Shown here one piece after another: positions 13,743-26,088 of a stretch of 64,000 nucleotides of DNA. The notes below the pieces were generated by a model, which saw only the letters and a list, made by a program, of their open reading frames with translations, was not told where the DNA came from and ran no database searches. This stretch comes from Malacoraja senta. Its lineage: Eukaryota. Location of the stretch: contig CM075995.1 in the NCBI GenBank assembly GCA_038087875.1, positions 10,914,001 through 10,978,000 on the forward strand, in the 5' to 3' direction. How positions within the stretch are numbered: the first letter of the stretch is position 1; each line of letters begins with the position of its first letter. A program made the translations under genes and the position numbers.

Positions 13743-14190
13743 CTCCTCTTTAACTCCTACCGCTCGGGTGTAGCTCCTCCCTCTGTGACCTCTCCAACGG
13801 CTCTCGGGCCTCTGTAAGGAAAAAGCCCCGCGCTCCTCTTTAACTCCTACCGCTCGGGTGTAGCTCCTCCCTCTGCGACCTCTCCAACGGCTCTCGGGCC
13901 TCTGTAAGGAACAAGCCCCGCGCTCCTTTTTAATTCCTACCGCTCGGGTGTAGCTCCTCCCTCTGCGACCTCTGCAACGGCTCTTGGGCCTCTGTAAGGA
14001 ACAAGCCCCGCGCTCCTTTTTAACTCCTACCGCTCGGGTGTAGCTCCTCCCTCTGCGACCTCTCCAACGGCTCTCGGGCCTCTGTAAGGAACAAGCCCCG
14101 CGCTCCTCTTTAACTCCTACCGCTCGGGTGTAGCTCCTCCCTCTGTGACCTCTCCAACGGCTCTCGGGCCTCTGTAAGGAACAACCCCGC
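13743..14190 (-). repeat. Five 90-bp tandem monomers forming the CR1 5' UTR
   Basis: The unit ctcctctttaactcctaccgctcgggtgtag... starts at 13743, 13833, 13923, 14013 and 14103. Confidence 0.95.
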
Positions 14191-15211
14191 TGGGGAGATA
14201 TACGAAGGTAAGGTAGCCAATGCTATAAAAGAGGATAGCAAGAGACATTGGACCACTGGAAAATGATGCAGGAGAAGTGATAATGGGGAATAAAGACAGG
14301 GCAGAGGATTTTAATAACTTTTTAGCATCAGTCTTCATAATGTGTCTTCACAATACCAGCAACGTGCCTGAAATTCAAGAGAGTCAGGGGGTGGAAGTTA
14401 GTGGAGTGGCTATTACTAAGGTGAGGGTGCTTTGGAAACTGAAAGGTCCGGAGGTGGATAAATCACTTGGGGGATAAATCACGGGGATGGACTGCACCCC
14501 AGGGTTCTGAAAGAGGTGGCTTTAGAGGTTGTGGAGGCATTGGTAATGATATTTCAAGAATCACTACAGTCAGGAGTGGTTCCAGACGATTGGAAAATTG
14601 CCAATATTACCCCGCTGTATAAAGAGAGAGCATAGCAGAAGAGTGGAAACTATAGGCGGCTTAGTCTGACTTCAGTGGTTGGTAAGATTTTAGTCCATTA
14701 TTATAAAGGATGAGGTTCATGATAAATTAGGCCGAAGTCAGCATGGTTTTGTGAAGGGGAGTTCTTGCCTGACAAATTGCTAGAATTCTTTCAAGAAAAA
14801 AGGACAAAGGAGAATCAACCGATGCTGTTTACCTAGATTATCAGAAAGTCTTTGACAAGGTGTCGCACGTGAGGCTGCTAAGGTAGATGAGGGCCCAAGG
14901 TATCAAAGGGGAGATACTAGCATGGATAGCAGATTGGCTGGGTGGCAGAAGGCAAAGTGTGGCAAAAAGTTGGCTGCCAGTGAGTAGCGGGGTTCCACTC
15001 GGGTCAGTGCTGGGGCTTCTACTCTTCACGTTGTATATTAATTATTTGGATGAGGGAGTTGAAGGCGTTGTGGCCAAGTTTGCAGATGAAATGAAAATAT
15101 CTGGAGGGGCAGGTAGTGTAGAGAAAGCTGGGACTCTGTGGAAGGACTAGGACAGGTTGGGATAGTGGCAGTTGGAATACAGTGTCGCAAAGTGTGGAGT
15201 CAGCTCTGTTC

Positions 15212-15930
15212 AATTTAGTTTAGTTTATTGTCACGTGTACTGAGGTACTGTGAAAAGCTTTTGTTGTGTGCTAATCAGTCAGCAGAAAGACAACACATGA
15301 CTGCAATCAAACCATTTAAAGTGTATAAGGGAACAACATTTAGTGCAAGGTAAAGCCAGCAAAATCTGATCAAGGATAGTGTGAGGGACATCAAAGAGGT
15401 AGATAGTAGTTCAGCACTGCTCTCTGGATGTGGTATGATGCTTCAGTTGCCTGCTGGGATGAAACTGTCCCCAAATCTGCGGGTGTGTGTTTTTACACTT
15501 CTATAATTTTTGCCTGATGGGGGAGGGGAGAAGGAGTGGCCAGGATGTGACATCCTTGATTATGCTGCTGGCCTTGCCGAGGCAGCATGAGGTATAAATA
15601 GAGTCAATAGAAGGGAGGTTGGTTTGTGTGATGGTCTGGGCTGCAATTCACTGCTAATTCTTGCTGTCTTGGAGGGAGTGGTTCCCAAATCAAGCTGTGA
15701 TGCATCCTTTCTATGGTGCATTGTAGAAGTTGTTGAGAGTTGTAGGGGACACGCTAAACCTCCTAAGCCTTCTACGGAAGTAAAGGTGTTGGTGTGCTTT
15801 CTCGGTCGTTCTCGGAATGGGTGGTCCAGGACAAGTAGTTTGTGATATTGATTCCTAGGAATTAGAAGTTTTCAACTATCTCTACTTCGGCACCGTCAAT
15901 GGAAACTGGGGTATGTGTACCGCTTCCTGT
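15212..15930 (-). mobile_element. Degenerate Rex/Babar-type LINE 3' fragment
   Basis: (TTTAG)n tail at 15214. The reverse complement resembles the Rex C-terminus (ENF*FLG, KAHQHLYFRRRLRRF). Confidence 0.65.
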
Positions 15931-16166
15931 ACAGTCATGCATTTTGATAGTATGAATAAAGACATTGACTATTTTCTAAATTGGGAGAGAATCTAGAAAT
16001 CGGAGATGCAATAGGACTTGGGAGTGCTGGTGTAGGATTCCCAAAAAGTTAATTTGTAAGTCGAATCAGTATGAAGGAAGGCAAATGCAATGCTAGCATT
16101 TATTTCCAGTGGACTAAAACACAAAAACAGGGAATGTAATTCTAAGGCTCCATAAGGTACTGGTTA

Positions 16167-16725
16167 TTGAGCTCATCTCAAAAGTCAATTTTTAATTATG
16201 GTTTAATAATAGCAAAAAAATTAATATTGAAATTTTGGAAAAATACACCAATACCAACGCTCAAAATGTGGATTGCAAGTATGTTGGATACCGCACATCT
16301 TGAGGAAATGCGATTCCTCCTAATAGATAAATTTGACCAATTCATAACGAGTTGGTCTCCATTTGTCGTCTTTTTGGAAACGTATGGTGCAAAACAGGTG
16401 TAAAAGCTAATCCGTGACTGCGGATGGTCAAGATTATAAATGATCTCCTTCTATTTTCTTTTCTTCTCTTCTTTTCTTTTATTCTCTTTCTTCTATTTTC
16501 TATGTCTCAACTTTCTTTTTTCATTCTTTATTTTTCTTTTTCACACACTATATCTCACATTTTTCTATTTTTCATTATCTAACTTTTTTCTTTTTCTTCT
16601 TTTTTCAAAAAATTTAAAAAATAAGAAGCTGTACATAAAAGGTATTATGAAAATATGATTGTATACAATTGTACTTACTTCTAATAAAATAAAAATTAAA
16701 AAAAAAAAAAAAAAATAAAAAAAAA
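16167..16725 (+). mobile_element. 5'-truncated L1/Tx1-clade LINE 3' end with poly(A) and 15-bp TSD
   Basis: IAKKLILKFWK...W C-terminus, T-rich UTR, AATAAA and poly(A). TSD ATAAGGTACTGGTTA at 16152-16166 and 16726-16740. Confidence 0.85.
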
Positions 16726-17469
16726 ATAAGGTACTGGTTAGGCCGCATTTGGAGTATTGCGAGTAATATTGGAGCCCATATCTGAGGAAGGATGTGCTGA
16801 CTCTGGAGAGGGTCCGGAGGAGGTTTACGAGAATGATCCGAGGAATGAATCGGTTAACATATGATGAGCGTTTGACAGCACTGGGCCTCTACTCGTTGGA
16901 GTTTAAAAGGATGAGAGACCTCATTGAAACATACAGATTCGTGTAAATCCTGGATAAAGTGGATGTGGAAAGAATGTTTTCACGAGTAGGAGAGTCCAGG
17001 ACCAGACGTCATAGCCTCAGAATGAAAGGATTTTCCTTTAGGAAGGAGATGAGGAGGAAATTCTTTAATCAGAGGGTGGTGAATCTGTGGAATCCATTGC
17101 CACAGAAGGTCGTAGGGCCCAACTCAATAGATATTTTTAAGGCAGAGATAGATAGATTCTTGATTAGTACGGGTGTCAGGTGTTATGGGGCGAAGGCAGG
17201 AGAAAGGGGTTAGGAGGGAGAGACAGATCGGCCATGATTGATTGGACTTGATGGTCCGAATGGCCTACATTCAGTTCCTAGGAAAGGGGAGAGACAAAAT
17301 AAAAGGAAGGGAGATGAAAGAGCAAGTGAGATAGCAGATATTCATAAGCGCAACTTGAAAGAGAATGGAGGTCAAAAGTGGAGTGGATTAATTACATGTT
17401 GAAGTAGGAATAGTTGATTGATGATGCATAAATAAGGAACTGGGGAAGCAAGTTCATAAAAAAAAGGCA

Positions 17470-17690
17470 AAGGGCTGGAAAAAATGAGTACGTCTGGCAG
17501 CATCTCTGGAGAATATTGATAGGAGATGTTTCAGGTCTGGACCCTTCTTCCTGCTCATCATTCAGGTTTCCTCCCCTCTCCCTCACCTCACAATCAATCT
17601 GAAGAAGGGCCCCGACCCAAAACCACCATCTATCCATATTCTCAAAAAAAGCTGCCTGACTTGTTGAGTCATTCCAGCACTTTGTGTATT
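17470..17690. mobile_element. Inverted pair of Penelope terminal-repeat segments (MITE-like foldback)
   Basis: Left arm gctgga...gacccttcttc and right arm gaagaaggg...ttccagc are degenerate reverse complements. Both resemble 47814-47905. Confidence 0.65.
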
Positions 17691-18039
17691 ATTATAGTTA
17701 ATGAAGTGTTAGAGTGAATGACAATGGCACTAACAATTTTTTAACAACTGTGCCTGTTCATCTGCATTCCTTAAGTTATTTGGTGGTTATTCACTGAATC
17801 TGGGGTGTATTTTAACCTGCAAAACTTAAGTCCCATCATTTTTATTAGCCGATTTACAATAAGTAAATTAGTAGAGCCCCAGAGTAAAAAATATTTTTTA
17901 TCAATGAATATACATCACTATCACCATGCACCATCTGAAATGTGGAGAGTTCACACGATCTCAGTAACCACAAAAGTAGGCACAAAATGCTGGAGCAACT
18001 CAGCCGGACAGGCAGCATCCCTGGATAGAAGGAATGGGT

Positions 18040-18070
18040 GACGTTTCGGGTCGAGACCCTTCTTCAGACT
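18040..18070 (-). ncRNA. Minimal hammerhead-ribozyme-like motif in a solo Penelope terminal repeat (17975-18072)
   Basis: The minus strand reads CTGAAGA-A-GGGT(CTCG)ACCC-GAAA-CGTC. Confidence 0.55.
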
Positions 18071-19669
18071 GATCATAACCAGGTAACAACTCAGTAAAAC
18101 CAAACGTGCACATTAAAGTTGTGAAATAACATGATGCTCCAAAAAGGCAGAAATGTCCTGGGGAAAATGCACAGAAAAATGCAAATTATGGGTTAAAATT
18201 GAATAGTTGAGAATTCTGCATATAACCCTAATACTACAACGTTTTCCTATTTAGGAACTACTCCCTCGAGTTAAATGATTGTGCAAAGCAGGTTTTCAGA
18301 TATAAATTATATGAACTGTGAACCCAGAGGAAGGGATGTAGGTTGAAGCAGAATGTGTGGGGGGGGTGATAAAGAAAGTCGGTGGGAGAAATGGGTACGC
18401 CTCCAGGCAGGAGGAAAGAAGAGGGAAGGGGATTGTTGGTTAGATACCTAAAATCGTTGATTGTAATGTTTATACACTTGGGTTGCTTACTATCCAATGG
18501 GATGAACATTGCATTCACCAGGCATGAGACAGGAAAAAACTGAAAAAAGAGGAAGAGAGATGGGGGTCCAGGGGGCATTGTCCCCTGGTAGGCTTCCAAG
18601 GGGCAACGACTCAGGCTGGGGTAAAAGGGGGCAGCTTGCCTTGTACCAATTGTACCTTGAAATGACACCGTTTTCTTGCCAGTTTACCCTTAATTTATAC
18701 TGTAATTTTTTTTTATTGTACCTTAAAATAACACATTTTACACAGAGAATTTGTGATAACCATACCTTAAAATGACACCAATTCCTTGCTTGTTTACTCT
18801 AATTAGAGGGAAGTATCATTTACCATTATATTTAAACGCCAAATGAATTTCAAATCCAACTCGTTACAGTTAGGATGAAAATGATGATCCATCTACTTCA
18901 AAGATGATCATGTTGTGCGACATAGCTACAGTCAAATAAAGTACGGTGGACAAAATATTAACATCTCAACCTGGAATTTAAGAAATTATTTGAAAATATC
19001 ACTTCACAAAATTTAAAATTAAAGATTTCATTTCTTTAAATCTATCGTCAAATTATTAAAAAAAAGAAAAATAAGCGAATAATCTTTTCTCTTCTTTTGA
19101 TTGATATTTTCTAACTGCCAGAATTTGCAGTCAGTGACTATTAAGGAATGCTAATTGCTGACTCAACGGCGAATCCAGGTTGGACTCAGAAGGCATCCCG
19201 ACGGCCAGAGGCTGTGAACTGGGAACGCGGCCAGAGGCCTTTATCGATGCGCCATGGTCTCGATGCCTCACGGAACGCCGCGTAGAAGCCCGGGTTGGGG
19301 CGTCTCGGGTAGAAGCCCGGGTCGGACGAAGCGGCCAACGGTGCCCATGGCTGGGGCGTGGTTCGGCACCACGGAGGCGTGAAGTGGGTCGTCGACAGCG
19401 GTGAGGCCTCGGCAGCAGTGAAGCCTCGCGACGATGGGGCCACGGTGGCGATGAAGCCTCGCAGCAGCGTTGATGCCTTACCAAATTTCAAAATGATCCA
19501 ATTTTAGGTAATTTTAGGTAATTAACCAACCACCACGGTCCGCCCCCTTTCTCCTCTTCCCTTCCATCCCATTAAGATGCGTACCCATTTCTCCCACTCG
19601 TCTTTCCCCTTCAACCGGTCTCCTTCAACCGGTCTGGCTTCACATTTTACAGTTATTCATTCTCAGAGC

Positions 19670-20092
19670 CAATAGACAATAGACAATAGACAATAGGTGC
19701 TGGAGTAGGCCATTCGGCCCTTCGAGCCAGCACCGCCATTCAATATGATCATGGCTGATCATCCCCAATCAGTACCCCATTCCTGCCTTCTCCCCATATC
19801 CCCTGACTCCGCTATTTTTAAGAGCCCTATCTAGCTCTCTCTTGAAAGCATCCAGAGAACCTGCCTCCACCGCCCTCTGAGGCAGAGAATTCCACAGACT
19901 CACCACTCTCTGTGAGAAAAAGTGTTTCCTCATCTCCGTTCTAAATGGTTTACTCCTGATTCTTGAACTGTGGCCCCTGGTTCTGGACTCCCCCAATATC
20001 GGGAACATGTTTCCTGCCTCTAGCCTGTCCAACCCCTTAACAATTTTATACGTTTCAATGAGATACCCTCTCATCCTTCTAAACTCCAGAGT
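19670..20092 (-). mobile_element. CR1 3' end with (TATTGTC)n tail
   Basis: ORF 19769-20074. The tail reads aatagacaatagacaatagac. Confidence 0.9.
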
Positions 20093-21935
20093 TTATCTGG
20101 CAAACAAATGCCCTTCACCTGTATACTTAGAGATAATATATATAATCATCTGGATAAACAGGGTCTGATTTGGAACAGTCAACATGGATTTGTGCCTGGA
20201 AGGTCATGTTTGACTAATCTTCTTGATTTTTTGAAGAGGTTACTAGGGAAATTGATGAGGGTAAAGCAGTGGATGTTGTCTATATGGACTTCATTAAGGC
20301 CTTTGACAAGGTTCCACATGGAAGGTTGTTTAAGAATAAGAGCAGGGAGTATAAGAGCAGGGAGGTTCTACTGCAGTTGAACAGGGACTTGAGAGGCCAC
20401 AACTGGAGTATTGCGTACAGTTTTGGTCACCAAATCTGAGGAAAGACATTCTTGCCATAGAGAGAGTACAGAGAAGGTTCACCAGACTGATTCCTGGGAT
20501 GGCAGGACTTTCAAATGAAGAAAGACTGGATAGACTCGGCTTGTACTCGCTAGAATTTAGAAGATTGAGGGGGGATCTTATAGAAATTTACAAGATTCTT
20601 AAGGGGTTGGACAGGCTAGATGCAGGAAGATTATTTCCGATGTTGGGGAAGTCCAGAACAAGGGGTCACAGTTTAAGGATAAGGGGGAAGTCTTTTAGGA
20701 CCGAGATGAGAAAATCATTTTTCACACAGAGTGGTGAATCTGTGGAATTCTCTGCCACAGAAGGTAGTTGAGGCCAGTTCATTGGCTATATTTAAGAGGG
20801 AGTTAGATGTGGCCCTTGTGGTTAAAGGGATCAGGGGGTATGGAGAGAAGGCAGGTACAGGATACTGAGTTGGATGATCAGCCATGATCATATTGAATGG
20901 TGGTGCAGGCTCGAAGGGCCGAATGGCCTACTGCACCTATTTTCTATGTTTCTATGTTAAGAAGGTTCAATTGTTGGGTATTCATAGTGGAGTAGCAAGA
21001 TGGATTCAACAGTGGCTGAATGGGAGATACCAGAGAGTAATGGTGGATAACTGTTTGTCAGGTTGGAGGCCGGTGACTAGTGGGGTGCCTCAGGGATCTG
21101 TGTTGGGTCCACTGTTGTTTGTCATACATTAATGATCTGGATGATGGTATGGTAAATTGGATTAGTAAGTATGCAGATGATACTAAGATAGGTGGTGTTG
21201 TGGATAATGAAGTAGATTTTCAAAGTCTACAGAGATTTAGGCCATTTGGAAGAGTGGGCTGAAAGATGGCAGATGGAGTTTAATGCTGATAAGTGTGAGG
21301 TGCTACATCTTGGCAGGACAAATCAAAATAGGACGTACATGGTAAATGGCAGCGAATTGAGGAATGCAGTTGAACAGAGGGATCTAGGAATAACTGTACA
21401 TAGTTCCCTGAAGGTGGAATCACATGTAGATAGGGTGGTAAAGAAAGCTTTTGGTGTGCTGGCCTTTATAAATCAGAGCATTGAGTATAGAAGTTGGGAT
21501 GTAATGTTAAAATTGTACAAGGCATATGTGAGGACAATTCTGGAGTATGGTGTACAATTTTGGTCGCCAAATTATAGGAAAGATGTCAACAAAATAGAGA
21601 GAGTACAGAGGAGATTTACTAGAATGTTGCTTGAGTTAGGGAAGATTCAAACAAGAGGACATGATTTGAGAATTAAGGGACGGAAGTTTAGGGGCAACAT
21701 GAGGGGGGAACTTCTTTACTCAGAGTGGTAGCTGTGTGGAATGAGCTTCCAGTGGAAGTTGTGGAGGCAGGTTCGATTTTATCATTTAAAAATAAATTGG
21801 ATAGGTATATGGACGGGAAAGGAATGGAGGGTTATGGTCTGAGTGCAGGTAGATGGGACTAGGTGAGAGTAAGTGTTCGGCACGGACTAGAAGGGCCGAG
21901 ATGGCCTGTTTCCCTGCAGTAATTGTTATATGGTT
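20093..21935 (+). mobile_element. Subfamily-B CR1 with a nested CR1 3' end (20337-20956)
   Basis: RT fragments are present. The nested copy is flanked by TTAAGAA at 20330-20336 and 20957-20963. Confidence 0.85.
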
Positions 21936-24881
21936 AATTGCGAGCGGTGCGAGGGGGGGAAGTGAAAACGGACGTCAAAGTGCTGTATATGAATGCGCGA
22001 AGTATAAGGAATAAAGTGGACGAGCTTGAGGCTCAATTAAAAACTGGCAAGTATGATGTTGTGGGAATTACTGAGACATGGCTGCAAGAGGGCCAGGGCT
22101 GGGAAATAGTAAGATTAAACGAGAACTTACCAGTTTGAAGTTTGATCTTTATTTTATGAGGAGTTACGTTGGTGATTACGTGAAGAACCCCGTCAGGGCG
22201 CATGCGCGTCAATCTTCAAAGCAGCGGTATGAAATCACAGACAACACCATAATTGAAGTAACATATTAAGATGATCAACATGAGAACTACCATTATGACC
22301 TTTTTTCTATGAGAGAGGGTTGGGCGTGGCGGGCACGTAATCACCAACGTAACTCCTCATAAAATAAAGATCAAACTTCAAACTGGTAAGTTCTCGTTTA
22401 ATCTTACTATTTTACTTCGGAGTCACGTGAGTGACTACGTGAAGATTTTAAAGCTCTGTGATTTTTATGCCGCAGATCAAAATCCCGGCTTCTCACTGCA
22501 TCGATTGACTCGGAGTATCATCAATAATGCTGTAAACATGACATTGCATATCATGCAAAAACAAAAGAGTTTTATTTTTGGTCATAAAACAACCAATAAA
22601 CCCTCTTAATGTAGGGCAACAAACGAAACAGAATGAAACAGTATTGAAAACAGACTTTAAACAATAGCAACAGCACTCAATATTGAGTTGGCAAACAGCC
22701 CTCCATCGGCAATCGGCCGATGGTAGTATTGCTGAAACACAAGTTCATTTTTCCAACCTGCGGCTTTTAATATATGGTCGATGGGAACGTCCATCGCCCT
22801 GGCCGCGGATGTTGCTACTGCGCTAGTGGAATGAGATGTAAACACATAAATGTTAATTCCTGCCTGAACCAATTCTTGCTTTAACCACCTTGAGATAGTC
22901 TGAACTGCCACTCTTTTATGTTGGCTTCTTGTAACTGAGAAATAATCCTGTTTCTTCTTGTCTTAAAGCCCTTGTGGCTTCAATGTAATGTAACAAATGT
23001 GTCCTTACACATAAACATGGAGCTGTATGATATGCTGAGAACACAATCTTAAAACCTGTCACACCTGGCCTGCTTTGTTTGAGCAGGTCAGAAATATAAA
23101 ACAGAACATTCTCTGTATTCACTTCCATTCTCTCGAACTGAAGTTTTTGGAAAGTCTGTACTCTCTGTACTGACACCAATGCCATTAGCATAGCCAATTT
23201 CATGGTTAATTTTAACAAAGTTATAGACGTGACAGGGACCCTATGACGAAGTATGTTACGAACAACACTTACCTCGCAGATTACCATATACCTAGGCTTA
23301 GGCGGTTTTGGAATTAAAGATTCCTTTCATCAACCTAGATATGAGAGGGTGAGAAACTATACTTTGTGTCCGTGTACCTATTACAAGATATGCCGACCAA
23401 GCACTTCTAGCTGTATTGATAGCAGTATAGCTAAGACCCTCATCATAATAAAGTGTATATAAACTCTAACACATTTTCAATAACTACAGTATCATATTGA
23501 ATATTCTTTTGAACACAATATTGTTCCCCTTTTTTTTTTTTTTTTTCATAAGTCATATACTGTTTTTGAGTACTGTTTCTCCAGGCTGCAGTGAGTATAT
23601 CCACCGTTGGCCTAGAAAGTCCTCGACCAATGTAAGGCATTCTTAAAACCTGCAAATTAACAGATCCATACCATCACATAACGGATGAACTTAATGCGTT
23701 ACTGGATGCTCCAGCTAATTCCTACTGTTTGGAATCAGCAAAAAGAGGTTGGATCGCTATCTGTAACATCAAAGGGAACCATGGTTGAATCAGGCAATTT
23801 GGTATCACCAAAACCCCTGAAGCAGCATCCTGCTTGATTTTCTCAAACACCGACCTATGAGACAGAATGGTGGGAAAATGTACACAAACATATCATCCCA
23901 ATTTAGTGAAAAAGCATCAATTGCCACTGCCCCTGGATCTGGTGCCTATGAAACATATTTTGGCCTTCCATATAGAAGTACTACATTAAGTTTCCTTGGT
24001 AGATAGATAGCTCCAATCCAAATCTCTCTATCCCTACTCCAGGTCCAATTGTATTTGCCAACCTGTCACATGATAACGATTTGATTCCACCCATGTGATT
24101 CATATCAGCAACTGCTGTAGTGTTGTCTATTTTGCACTGCACATGCAAACTAGTTTAGTTAGTGCCATAAGCCTTGAGTCCATAAAATACTCTTGGTTAA
24201 TTCCCCATGTTTGCAGAAGCAATGTTCATCTGTCTCCACCGCTAGATCTTGTATCAGTAGCACCCTACCCAAGTGCTCTGACATCTGTCTGCAAATCATG
24301 GAAGCTTGGTCCAATAACACTTTGGAACTACTAGTGGACACATGCTGAATCCACCATTGTACATCAGCAACAGCCTCTATTGATATAAGCATAGGTCTAT
24401 TATAATGACCCCAATGTATCCTCAATGCTTGTTCCTTTGACCTTTGTAATTGTAGATAATAAAGTGGCCATATTGAACTGCTGGAAATGCTGCGAGCCAT
24501 TACCACATCAGACTTGTCACCTGGCTAATTGAAGGCTGTGTGTCAGCAATTAACTTGATATAGCTCTTAATTAGCTCTACCCTTTTTTTTGCCTGGGCAA
24601 GGTCACAATGATGTTGATTAAGTCCATTGTGAACCCAACTAGTCAATTTGTGTCACAGGTATAAATTTAGATTTCTCTGGATAGCTTATAAAGCGAATGT
24701 CAAGAGATACAAAGTGGGACGGGGAGAGTGAGAGGTAGTTGGCCTCCCGGTGGAAATTGAGAGGGAGACGGAGAGGTGACTGAGTAGAGAGGTAGCTCCA
24801 GACCAGGACACTGAGAGTAGGAGAGAGAGTAGAAATTAATGACCGACCGTACGACCGTCCGGAGAAAGATTCTAGAGGCCC

Positions 24882-26081
24882 ATGGCTTCAGGGAGTGGTG
24901 GTTCTGAGGGTGGTGGGTGGCAGACTGTAGGTAAGGAAAAGGGGGGCTCTAAGAGAGAGGCATCGAGCGAAAGACCTGAAATGTCAGGAGATGAAGGAAG
25001 TAAAGTTAGGAGAACTAAAATTATTGAAGAATTCGTCGTGCTGTTTAAAGTTAAAGGAACAAATCACAGAGATGCAAGATTTAGAGCAGTGAATCCATTA
25101 AAAATTACCACCGCTTTGGAGAGCCAGATAGGTAGGGATTTTCAGGCCAAGATTCTGTATAATGGGATGTTAAGAGTTTGTTGCAAAGACAGAAAACAGT
25201 TTAATGACGCTAGGGGTGTGGGGAAGTTGGTGGTCAAGGTGGAGAGTTTGGTCCCTAGAGGAAGAGAGCAGGGAATAAAGGGAGTGGTGTATGGGATGTA
25301 TGATGGTTTGTCTGAGAAGGAGATCTTAGAAAATGTTAAGGGGGCCCAGGTAATTGATGTTGTGAGATTTAAGAGTAGGAATGGAGTCAGGGACCAGCCG
25401 GTCCTGCTTACGTTCAAAGATGGAGTACTGCCACAGAGAGTGTTTCTTGGGAGTATGGCGTATCAAGTGAGGGAGTACATTAAACCACCGTTGCGCTGCT
25501 ATAACTGTCAGAGGTTTGGACATGTTGCTGGGTCTTGTCGGGGTAAAAGAAAGTGCGCAAAGTGCGGTGGAGATCATGCAATACAAAATTGCAAGGCAGA
25601 GGCTCCTAAGTGCCCTAACTGTGATGGGGATCATGCAGCAGGGTTTCATGGTTGTAAGCGCTTTGTTCAGGCGAAGCGAGTACAGGAAGTGAAGGATCAG
25701 AACAACGTGTCATATGCAGAGGCAGCTCAAAGGGTGGCTAGAGAACGCGGAGATGTGAGCGCTGGGACTAGAGTGGTGCTAGGAAGCCAGATCACTGTGC
25801 CAAACTTGCCGTCGGCTTTTCCATCTGATATGTTGATTTTTAATAAGGAGTCATTTCTGTCTTTTGTTTCTGATGTGCTGGTAGGAGCTAAGAAAGCAGC
25901 TAACCGGTCAGATATCATCAGGTTAGTGGTGGGGGCAGCTGAAAGGTTCCTCAGTGTAAATCAGTTGCCAGAAAAGTTGCATCAATACATGACGGAGAGT
26001 CAGTGTATGGAGAGGTCACAGTTGTCGAGAGCTAGCAGTATGGAGTATGTCAGTGAGGTGGATGATGGTGATCCTCATTAA
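24882..26081 (+). CDS. Nimb/I ORF1p, gag-like with three zinc knuckles
   Basis: CYNCQRFGHVAGSC, CAKCGGDHAIQNC and CPNCDGDHAAGFHGC. Confidence 0.92.
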   Translation: MASGSGGSEGGGWQTVGKEKGGSKREASSERPEMSGDEGSKVRRTKIIEEFVVLFKVKGTNHRDARFRAVNPLKITTALESQIGRDFQAKILYNGMLRVCCKDRKQFNDARGVGKLVVKVESLVPRGREQGIKGVVYGMYDGLSEKEILENVKGAQVIDVVRFKSRNGVRDQPVLLTFKDGVLPQRVFLGSMAYQVREYIKPPLRCYNCQRFGHVAGSCRGKRKCAKCGGDHAIQNCKAEAPKCPNCDGDHAAGFHGCKRFVQAKRVQEVKDQNNVSYAEAAQRVARERGDVSAGTRVVLGSQITVPNLPSAFPSDMLIFNKESFLSFVSDVLVGAKKAANRSDIIRLVVGAAERFLSVNQLPEKLHQYMTESQCMERSQLSRASSMEYVSEVDDGDPH

Positions 26082-26088
26082 CACCATA

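Larger units (their letters stand above)
9227..14190 (-). mobile_element. Near full-length young CR1 LINE (5' tandem monomers, ORF1, ORF2, 3' tail)
   Basis: ORF1 is intact. ORF2 (EN plus RT) is largely open but split by an insertion at 11063-11225. The tail reads agatacatagatacatag. Confidence 0.95.
6370..17280 (+). mobile_element. Old host CR1 (ORF1 SGNH, EN, RT, 3' end) split by at least five younger insertions
   Basis: Collinear pieces 6370-6750 (GTNDVG, ISGLLP), 7300-8015 (EN), 8838-9226, 14190-15210, 15930-16166 and 16726-17280 resume in order across the insertions. Confidence 0.75.

Noticed and set aside
13743..14190. Regular repeat array as a possible CRISPR
   Set aside because: Units are contiguous 90-bp tandem copies with no unique spacers, there are no cas genes, and the context is eukaryotic.
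16440..16658. Phe-rich hydrophobic ORF
   Set aside because: Translation of the T-rich LINE 3' UTR.
17750..17820. Possible further NLR exon after a minus-strand ttttgcag acceptor
   Set aside because: Stops in the expected frame and no recognisable similarity, so it cannot be supported.
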